Of a stretch of DNA of 64,000 bases, positions 53,768-64,000 are shown piece by piece. Both the position numbers and the translations under genes were made by a program. The DNA comes from Nageia nagi. Taxonomy: Eukaryota; Plantae; Pinophyta. The notes below the pieces were generated by a model. That model ran no database searches. It was not told the DNA's origin and saw nothing but the letters and a program-made list of their open reading frames with translations. Where the stretch lies: assembly GCA_050084985.1 (NCBI GenBank), contig JBITNC010000001.1, forward strand, positions 71,672,001-71,736,000. The letters are read 5' to 3'. The stretch's first letter is position 1; each line of letters begins with the position of its first letter.

Positions 53768-56700
53768 TGATGTGATACAAGTATGTAATAGAAGCTTTAT
53801 TTTTTATGCCGATGTAGAAATATTCTAAGAATCGGGTGGCTAGTTGGTTGAAGAAAAACATGGAATACTATAGTAGGTTGATATACCAATTAAGCACTTG
53901 ACCAGCTAAGAAAAGTGGGAATGTGCATAACATAAGGGCATAATCATGAGTAATGAGATGGTATGCATATCGAAATGCTCTTATATGGTTTTAATGATCT
54001 TCTTTCCCTTTGAATAATTTAAATTTAAGTATCTCCCAATGATGAGGTAATAATGAATAGGAATAGAGAAGTGAATGGGTTCATTGCATATTTTCTCATA
54101 TGATGGCATGGGGTGATGACCTAAACTTTATGTCTCAAGATTTTTAATTTTTTTTGAGTGTTTGCATAATTTCATTATGAGGATCTAGTTGAGGTATTTG
54201 CACTAGTTGATTTGATGAAGAGGCTATGTAGGTAGTAATTTATATGGGAATAGTGGAAATATAGATTTTGGTGGATGGAATGTATTGGAACTGTGGTTTA
54301 GAGATAATTATCTACAATTGCAATATGGAATGTATAGTTAATTATTATATATTATATGCAAGTCAATGCAAGAATTTGGGTCCATTTTATGGCCAAAAAG
54401 TGGAAGTGTTTTTCTTGATTTTTAGGTTTGATCATGGTTGATCTCAATTCTCAAAATTTGAAGGACTTAGACATGGAATCTTGAAAAAGTTCATTAAGGT
54501 AAAAAAAATGTAGTGCTTTGAGTATAGGTTTTAAATATGTAATATATTCCAATACCCAGATGATAGAAATTAAATTTTAATAGGCATGTATAAAAATCAT
54601 AATTTAAAAAATATTATTTTGGGACCATACCATGCACATGTACGACTCACATAAGTTGACCTAAATTAAAGTATTTTTTAAAATCCTTTTGGGCAAAGTT
54701 ACCTAATACATTGAAGATATTTTTTATTATTTTTTGATAAATATTTTTTATTTATTAAATTTTAAGTGGTCCTAATTTTGTTTTTGAAAATTGCTCATGT
54801 ACGATACACATAATTTTACTTAAACTTGTCATATTTTCAAAAAACTATTTTGTGGAGAATTATTTGTAGATTATTCTTATATAATATTTTTTCAAAATTA
54901 TTTAAAAATAAAAAGTTATTAAAAAATAAGAAACCTTGATTTCTCAAGTTTATAGACCAATTTCATTTAAGATTAATTGAAAAATTGAAAACATAATCTA
55001 ATTGTAAAAAATAAAATTATATATTTAAAATTTACACTCTCTCATTTGTAATAGGTTTTAATATCATGAAATATTTTTGAAAAAATCTCCATAAAATATA
55101 TGTCTAAAGTCAATATTTTCTATTGACATTACCATGATCATGTATTTTTAGATCCAAGGCTAAGGGTTAGCTCACCATGCCTTTCCCTAGCCTAAATTTG
55201 AGCCAAAATACATTTAAATTTTAAAAGATAGGATCCTATTATGTAATACGATCCTATTTATTAAATATTAATGGGAACATGATTGAGAAAAAAATAATCA
55301 TGTTGTCGTTCCCCTCCCATTCTTTTTCCTATTCATGTTTAATAATCAGATCCTTTTATTTAAAATATGGGATCTTGTTCCTATTCATATTTCCATTCTC
55401 ATTCCCACTCTCATTCTTGTTCTCATTACCATTTAATAATAGGATCCTATTTTTGTATCAGGATCCTAAAGTAAAATAGGATCTCATTTTTTAAGTAATG
55501 TGATCTCGTTTACTAAGAAATTTTTTTAGGTACCAAAACTCCTAGCTTTTGTAGATTGAACAACTTCTTGAACTTACCCATGCTTGTGTTTGAACATGAT
55601 TTTATGTAAAGTGAAGGACATCCACAACTTTAGAAGGATGATGGGATTAGGAGTGCTAACCAATGCTTGACTTGGAATCCCAATAGTAAGTGGCCTTAAA
55701 GGTATTTGAGATTATTATACCCATGTTTAGATGGAGGAGATAGGATAAAGAGAAATAAGAGGTGGGAAAATGATGCTCACATTTGAACCAACAATGAAGG
55801 ATGGAATGAATAAAGGAATAACTTAAGTGGTTATAGGTGATGATAATGGGAATCCTAAACAAGTTATGAAATGATTTAATAGTTATGATTTCAGAATGGA
55901 ATATGTTGAAGCCATTTGTTCCAATTATGTTATATAATGAATAGGTAATTGTTATGTACTATATGCTTGATGTGATATAATTCTATAATAGAAGCTTTCT
56001 TTATGATGTTGATGGAGAAATGTTCTAGGAATAGGGTGGCTAGGTGGTAAATATGGAATACTATGGTAGGTTATTTTACCATTCAAGTGCTTTTCCAACT
56101 AAGGAAAATGGGAATGTACATTAGATAAGGACATCATCATGATTAATGAGATGGGATGCATATTAGAATGCTCTTAGATAGTTTTGGAGATATTATTTCC
56201 CTATAAATTTTTCAAATATAGGCATCTCCCATTAATGGGGTGATAATGAATGGGAATGGATTAAATGATTTCATTATAGATATGCTCACATGATAGCTTT
56301 GGATAATGGCCTTGAATTTTTACCTCAAGATTTTTTTTTTTTTTTCATGGATATTTTATAGCATTCCATATTGAAAAGCTAGTTTAGGTATTTGAAATAG
56401 CTTATTGGATGAGGAGGCTATGCAAGTAGTAGTTTGTATGGGAATCATGGAAGCATAGATGTTGGTGGATGGAATATATTGGAACTACAATTGAGAGATA
56501 ATAGTTTGCAATTACCATATGGAAGGGATAGGTAAATATTATGTACTATATACTTGTGTTTTGAAAGGATTTTTTATGAAGTGAAGGATATTCAAAACAT
56601 GAGGAGGAATGATGGTATTAGGAGTGTCCATCAATGCTTGACTTAACATCCCAATGGTAAGTGTAACTTAAGGTATTTGATATGATTGCACCCAAGTTTG

Positions 56701-56890
56701 GATGCAGGAGATAGGTTGAAGAGTAATTGGAGGTGGGAAAGTTATGCTCACATTTAAACCAAAAATGGAGGATCGAATGGATGAGGGAATAATTTGAGTG
56801 GTTGTAGGTGAGGATTTTAGGAACCCTAAAGAAGCTATGAAAGGATTTGATAGTTATGATTTCATAATGAAAGAATTGGAAGCCATTTAT
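53768..56890 (-). repeat. ~0.95-kb tandem duplication containing a Gypsy gag start; the first unit is split by a TIR element
   Basis: 53768-54360 plus 55580-55920 aligns with 55968-56890. The minus strand near 56050-56160 reads HDDVLI*CTFPFSLVGKALEW*NNLP. Confidence 0.75.
54360..55578. mobile_element. ~1.2-kb non-autonomous TIR element, copy 2
   Basis: Collinear with 40995-42190 (gccaaaaagtgga, tggaatcttgaaaa, ttccaataccca, gctcaccatgcct). The empty site is visible in the duplicate unit at ~56550. Confidence 0.75.
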
Positions 56891-58978
56891 TGTAGAGAGA
56901 TTTTAGATGTACTAGAAGGAATAAAGAGGACAATTAAGACTTATGTGAGGGAATATGGTATTAATTTCTTCATAAGAGGATTTTCAATGGTGGAACTAGA
57001 GATTATACTAGTAAATAAAAGATTTCATATGATAGGGATGGGTATGGTTATATATTTCAATTAATGCTGCAAGGATTTAGGATTTGTAACTAGGACTTCA
57101 TCAAAAGCATTTTCCCCTAGAATATAGGGATCTACATCTTATATATAGATAATATCATAAGGGGTAGTGGTTGAAATAATTGTTATGGAAATGCTAGTTG
57201 AAGGGTTATACATGACTAGAATAGATTTAGGAGACTCTTTTAGTTTTCTTCAATGCTTGGTTTTTGGTGTTTCACCATCAATTCTTCTTTGAATGGGAAA
57301 AATATATGTTGTGTGATTGGGTTTGTTTTTGTTACTTGTAATGAATACATGATCTTTTTTTCCTTTTGAAACATAAAGTTATAAAATGAAAAGGATAATG
57401 TGCAATGTAGCAACAATTCATATAAGTGATAATCAAATAGTCTTATATGATATTTGACATAGTTATATATATTTATTTTCCTAAAAGTGAATCTAGTCAA
57501 ATATTTTAATAAGGTAGGTTGATGATCTATAGGTTAGTTTTATCATACTTTCATCAACATCCTCATTTATGCAACTTTCAATAGCGTAGTGATTGACTAT
57601 TGTATTTGGAGCTTCATCATAACCACACACAATCACCCATGATCCAAAGGAGGGTAACGATTCACTTAGGGCTAACCAACCCAAGTGATAAATGAAAATT
57701 GAAGGTTGATGTCTTCTTATAGATATCTTAGGCTTAGAAAGATCAATCTATACCTAATATACTCTAAGTATGTGTGCCCAAATTCATCAAGTGAGCAATT
57801 CACATGCTTAGGTATTGAGGCCTACCCCCTCATTTTATCACATTAGAGTAAATAGTTTGAGGACTTAGCCAATTTAAAACCTCACTTACCTTTATATATT
57901 CATCCAAAATAACAATTTTTCCCACGTTAATTGCATTTATATATGGAGCACATTAAAAGAAGAAGATAATATGGATGAACATACAACTATATGAATGTAA
58001 TATTACAATCCCACCCAAGCTAATCTAGATCTAATGTAAGGGGAAAAAACTAATAACAGAAATAAAAGAAATAAATTAATCCCATATTGATCATTAGAAA
58101 TGTAAGAATAATAAATATACTACTTTAGAACATGAAATATGTAAGAATATATATTATAAATAATAGAAATTGAGCTTAAGTTTCCATGGATTATATGTAT
58201 GATCATGTTGTTGATGTGGAGTCCTTAGTTTTCATGTAAGATTTATCTTTCGATAACCTATAACATAATGTAAGGAAATAAATATAACTTTAAATGCACT
58301 TACATGATTTAGGGAGTTGCTTAAGCTACTAAAGGAGAAAGCCTTCCTTAGTAGGCAATCAACCCCCTAAACCAACTCAAAGTATTAATAAAAAGGATTG
58401 ATAACAAGCATGTAAATGATAAAAATGATTTGCATTTATGATACCTAATAATAATAAATGATGATGAGCATTTATGTAGATTATAATGATGGAAACAAGA
58501 ATGAACCATGGATACATGAATCTTAGTGATGAGCTTAAAAGAAAATGAACAACATAACAATAACAAGATGATGAAATGATAACATAGGTAAAGAGAGCAA
58601 TTCTTTGGGCATCCCCTCCATAAGCAAAAATAATTTAGGCAAGATCAAGGATGCATGATTTTGGAATGAAGAATGCACCCTCGATGATGAGCTACCATGA
58701 GAAAATGAAATGAACAAATCATGAATGAGCTTGAAAGATCATAAGATGCCTTTGGAGATGTTAAATGATATATAGCAATGTTGTGTGTTGAAATGACTCA
58801 AAGAAAATTCTATTTATAGGTGAAGAGAAACATGCTCTGCCCTTCAATATGATGGTAAAATGGTCAGTTAAGATTGATATTTGAACTTGGTACTTACAAA
58901 TTGATACAAATCATTGATCAAATCATGAAACTAATGGTTTGGATTAAAGTAATGCACTCAAGCATGGATCAAGAAAAA

Positions 58979-59108
58979 GCATAATATGATGGGGAGACAC
59001 ATATAGGACCTAGATGAGAGCATCATATGATGGGGAGACCTATCTAGGACCTGGATGAGAGCATCATATGATGGGAAGACCCATCTAGGACTTGGATGAG
59101 AGCATCAT
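58979..59108. repeat. 41-bp tandem repeat, 3 copies
   Basis: gcatcatatgatggggagacctatctaggacctggatgaga arranged head-to-tail. Confidence 0.9.
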
Positions 59109-59362
59109 GCTCTATAAAAAACCAAGCAAAAGTATCACATAATATTTTATATTTGATGATTGATATTATTTTAAGGATTTAATAATGATAACTAGTGGTT
59201 ACAAATTATGTTTCTACATATTTTGAAGAGTAGCAACCCTCATTAAATGACTTATTAAGATGTTAATTATATGTTTGACTTTAAGTAACCTAGATTAATA
59301 TGATGAAGGGGGTTTAAATGATGAAAATGATAAGATAAATGATAACTAATGAATTAAATTAA

Positions 59363-60218
59363 GGGAAAATTACTAAAATACCCCTATAATTCATCTTAAT
59401 TACAAAAATACCCCTACTTTTTTCAAAAGTATGAAAATACCCCTAGCACCTTTTAAAGAATAACATTATGCCTTATGTCAAATTCAGTTCAATTACATCT
59501 AGTGATTCCTTCATGTTTCATCAAATTCCTTACTCTTTATACATAATTCCATTTATAATGATTTATTATAGGAACAATAAGAGTCACTTGCATTATTAAA
59601 GTATTTACAACCCACATCCACTATACTCCTGTAATTGCCTGCAACTAAAGTACAAAGTTTATGCTATTAGAGTTGGTTCCCCAAGTGCTTCATCAGATTA
59701 AAGAGCTTAAGGGCATCCTTGAAAGAAACCTAATTTGTGCATATCCTACAAGAATTGCATTTTATGAAACCTCATTTCCATTAGACATTTTATGAAATAA
59801 TTTACTATTAGTTTCAACATGCATGTTTTCTACATATCCTATGCTCATTGCATTCCATAGAACTATGTAAGCATCATGCATTTATCAAACAATTCATGAG
59901 CTTTCTCAACATAACTTTTTTATGCATATTCTTATATTAGTACATTACATGAAACTATAGTTACATCATGCACCTTTTCTTACATTGAGGGGCCCTGCAA
60001 ATGTATGCAATGATGTAAAGTAGATTAAATATATAGGAATAAGGACTTTGATGAAATATAGTGAATCCAGAAGAAGATATTGAATGTAATTGAATTGAAT
60101 TTTACAGAAGGAAGAATATTGTTCTTTAAAATGCAACAAGGTTATTTTCATAATTTTGGAAAATGTAGGGGTATTTTTGTAATTACCATAAATTATAGGG
60201 TATTTTGGTAATTTTCCC
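59363..60218. mobile_element. Pack-MULE (856 bp)
   Basis: ~80-bp TIRs GGGAAAATTAC.AAAATACCC / GGGTATTTTGGTAATTTTCCC and a 9-bp TSD ttaaattaa / ttaaattga. Confidence 0.88.
59560..59975 (-). pseudogene. Captured PLS-class PPR gene fragment
   Basis: VEKAHELFDK.HDAYIVLWNAMSIGYVEN, NAILVGYAQ.GF.KDALKLFNLMKH, and VDVGCKYFN..SDSYC, with stops and frameshifts. Confidence 0.85.
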
Positions 60219-63059
60219 TTAAATTGATTAAGGGATAAAAATTGTTATTTTTAGGTTTCTAAACTTTGATAGTCAAATTTATTATTATTAAGTGATAAAA
60301 TGATATTGTTATTCCTTCTATTACCTTTTAGTTCCAAAGTTTAAAGGTTATTCAAGGTAATCTTACCCAAAGTGGAGCCAATAATATTTGCATCATTAGA
60401 GGATCAAAACTAGGTTGTTATGGTCTAGGAATATATCTCTTTTTCTAAAGAATAAGGGACTATAGTTTAGCACCATATCTTAATATTCTTCATTCACAAA
60501 TTGAAAATCATGTAGTTATTAGGCATGGATACCACTTAGGAACCTCCTTTAATAGGCCATTTGGTTCAAACCCATTATCATATCATATTAATATTAGGGC
60601 ATCCTCCTAAAAACATATCGACCATATTGGGTTTAAAAAGATACTATTTGATTCAAAAATAAATTTGGGATTTTTAGGATTAGTTTGTTTACTTGTATTA
60701 AGGGATTCAATGGTGAGCAATATAATATTTCCAATTTTGTAAGGTTTTACTCATTTTGGGTTTTAGGAATATTTCATCTTCTATGAGCTAAAAATTGATA
60801 TTTTATCACTTGTAATGGAAAGAGGACCTTTTGCCAATCATTTTGACAGGTTACACAACTAAGTTTTGTCAAGAAATGAAAGAGTTATGATATTTTGAAT
60901 TTTAACTATCAAGCTAATTTCTTAATATCATGTGTGCACAAGAATCCAAAATTTCCTTTACATTTGACCAATGGTAAGGTCACATCCTTCTTCTAAGGAT
61001 GTGTAATTATTATTTTATTAATTTAGATGTGATTTATATTTAGTTAGGAGCAATTTCTATGTTTACAATAAAAGGTCCTATTATTTGTGCAAGTTCCACT
61101 TAGATGTTTAAATTAATAAATAAACATTCCAATTATGGTACATTGGGCATAGTTATTGTAATTATGAGTAAATTAATATTTTTATACCAATAATTATGTA
61201 ATGATGATACCAAGGTAATTATTAAATATAAATGCAATATTATTCACCAAATTTGATACATAGCATATATTAACCCTTAATTATTATAATATTAATATTT
61301 AATAGGCTTATTTAGTAATTATTGCTTCCCTCTCAAGGTAGAGCATGATACCAAGGTGTTTTCACTAACTACAAGGTATTAAAAGATTCCACACTTGGAT
61401 GTTGGGCTTATGGAGGAATATTGGACCATTAAGATGCTAAATTGGGCATCCTAAGATACCCACATCTCCCTTGGAGACTCCTATATCGAATATGATGATA
61501 CATAGGTGTATGGACTCCCATAACCCAATGTTGGCATTCCTAGCTATTGAATGTGATTACTCCCATCTCAAGGTACCTCAATCTTAGACGTGGGATATGT
61601 GAGCATACAGATCACCCTTGGACACCTTTGGATGAGATTACATAAATCCCAATGCATTATTAGAATATTTAGTTACCTCTCACTATATAATGAGGATCCC
61701 TAAAAGATGAATGTATTTGATTATTATTATGATTTCTTACTCTTTATTTAGGTACTTCTCTTCTTATATTCCATTCTTTGGAATGAGGTACCTATAGCAA
61801 GGTACAATATAGGATTTACATGGTCACACACTTGGGGATTGATGCAACCTAAGTTATTAGCTAGTTATTCAAGGGTTTTGATATTACCCTTGAATTAGTA
61901 GAATACTGTTAGTGGATATTTGAGATTTCATCATAGTTGTTGAAGAAGGAAGCCTTGATGTAAGCCTTATCATACTATGGGTCTAAGCCCTAGTGTATTA
62001 GTCTTCATCACCTAAGCATTATAATTGGGATCTCCATTTATTATCAATAGAAGTTATATTATTCACTCATTACTTTACTATTTTGCTTTCTTTTCTACTA
62101 TGTTTAGTTCTCTATATCTAGATGTTGAATCTCTTGCATAATTTAGTAATTTTATGAGTGTTTGGTATCACTTTACTAGATGTTGGTATTTTGGATGATC
62201 TTTCATGTTTAATATGATATTATTTATCCCACATTTGTATGTGGGATTAATCTTAAGTGTTTGATCATTTCATGCTAGAATTTGGGTATTTTTGTATTTA
62301 TTTGAAGTGATATGGCCATTAGAGGTGTGATGTGGGATCCTAGGGAGAACTTTGGCCCATATTTGATGATTGTAGTGTGATGTTCCTCTCCTAGGGATTT
62401 GGCTTATTGGAATTGTTATTATATTCTAGGTTTACATAATATTAGAGTGAGCCAAATTAGGGCTCATCATAGTGGTATTATAGCTAAGATATTTCCATCC
62501 TTCTTGGTTAGATCTTAGAAGATTTATAGTTGTTGAGAAGAGAGGAAGATCTCTCCATCCTGTTGGAGAGAAATTGCTAAGAGTATATCTTGTCATTCTA
62601 TTGGGTAAAGATATAGAGGAGAATCTTGATGATTTCTTCATGGTACTATATTATATCTAGATAGGATTTTACATTTGCAAGCAAATTTGTGGAGACTTTC
62701 TAATTTTGGGAAGTTTCAAGGCCATAAACCAGTTTGTTGCACCTTTAGAAGCATATTTTGGGTGCTAGATCTCACATGTTGGCTCATTGGAGGATAATAT
62801 TAGAGTTTTTGGCATCCAATATATAGTTTTTAAGATCTAAAGGTAGATTTTTTAGCTTTTTACTTTAAATTGTAATGTTTGAGGAGTGAAAAGTGAGATG
62901 TAGGGCATTGGTTCCTAATTTGAACCATTCATCATTAGATTGTGGACTTGCATCAAGATTGTTCCATCCTAGAGGCACTAGTTTTCAAGTTTTAGTAAAT
63001 CTAAAAATTTCCTATTTCATTTCTATAATTTAAACTTTAAGTAAATTTTAAAATTGCAA

Positions 63060-64000
63060 TCATGGAGGGATAAGGTTTGTAGAAGTTTAAAATTATTTTA
63101 TGAAGAATTTAATTTAATTTGAAAAGCAAATTAATTTCAAATTAAATTATGGGGAGATAAGGAGTTTGAATAGTAATATGGAAAAGCAAAAATTGGACAC
63201 CTTAATAGCTATGTTGAAACAAGTTATTGACCCAAAGGTAGAAAAAGTATACAAGCTATAGATTTAGTACAATAAGATATCAAAAAATAATAATAAGATA
63301 TCAAAAAATTACAAAAATATGATAGATTTTAAGACACATTTGGACTTGAAAGGGAATAATGATATACTAAATATGGTTCAAGATGAAAAAAGAGCTATTC
63401 CATCAAATCAAGGAAAGAGCACACATATTTATTTATTACAAAAGTAAGAAGAGAATCGAGTACCTAAAGTACATCCAAAAGAGAAAAGCACCTATGTTGA
63501 AAAGGATAAGTATGAATCAATCTCCTTGCTAAGGATATAGAATCACTTAAGGATGAGCTTTTAAATAGCAAATAAGATTTCTTTAACTCTAATAAGGAGA
63601 ATAATATTGTAATATTTAGAATGTCTAAGTTAGTTGAAGAATTATATACCATTAGAAATGAAGAACAATCAAAGTACCTCTCACTTGAGGGTAAATTGAA
63701 GGCAATAGAGAAGAAATTAGAGCTCAGCCATAAACATAATAAGGATGCAATCTTAAACAAAAGGAATAGTTTATATAAGTTGGAAAATATTCAAATCAAG
63801 ATGTATGACTCATTAGAAGAAAAATATGTCAATACATGTAAACTCCTAAAAGCTACAAGAAGGAAATTTTCAAATGGGAAAAAAGATATGGAAAATTTTG
63901 AGAAAAGCAATAGACAAAGATTTCACCATTCAGAAAAGCAATAGATGGAGTTACTTGGAAGAGAATTTACATCAATTAGGAATGATCATTTCACCATTGA
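63060..64000 (+). other. Decayed K/E-rich coiled-coil ORF, probably the start of another retroelement's internal region
   Basis: ORF 63621-63944 and upstream purine-rich fragments. No recognised domain. Confidence 0.3.

Larger units (their letters stand above)
57610..60264 (-). repeat. Probable Tat/Ogre-like LTR in minus orientation
   Basis: The minus strand starts t.tagaaacctaaaaat, resembling the other LTR starts here, and has cctataaatag at ~58820-58810. The left end is uncertain. Confidence 0.4.

Noticed and set aside
58979-59108. CRISPR-like array
   Set aside because: The units are head-to-tail with no unique spacers, there are no cas genes, and the context is eukaryotic.
60340-63000. 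Possible LTR/PBS of another element
   Set aside because: No partner LTR or clear boundaries in the window.

Overview
This is AT-rich, CpG/CHG-depleted plant nuclear DNA. A gymnosperm host is likely (inferred from a PR-aRH-RT Tat element and a conifer-like PLS-PPR fragment). I found no intact protein-coding gene, tRNA, rRNA or CRISPR array. Most of the window is nested, decayed transposons: a SIRE-like Copia 3' half (1-4802), Tat/Ogre-like elements with antisense plant-mobile-domain (PMD) genes, a minus-strand TatII-type Gypsy split by a LINE, a deleted Copia with a duplicated LTR, two TIR elements and a PPR-carrying Pack-MULE. The notable part is a gene-fragment capture complex. A minus-strand, intron-containing, CpG-retaining locus (~31.7-37.0 kb) joins ARF B3-domain exons to MED16/SFR6 exons. 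A degenerate inverted copy of its 5' ~0.77 kb (44.8-52.9 kb, split by a later 7.3-kb LTR insertion) runs in frame from the ARF exon into a Helentron/Helitron2-type Rep (HUH) domain. This suggests exon shuffling by a non-canonical rolling-circle transposon. An LRR-RLK pseudogene fragment lies next to it. All homology calls come from manual translation and motif recall, not database searches, and many boundaries are approximate.
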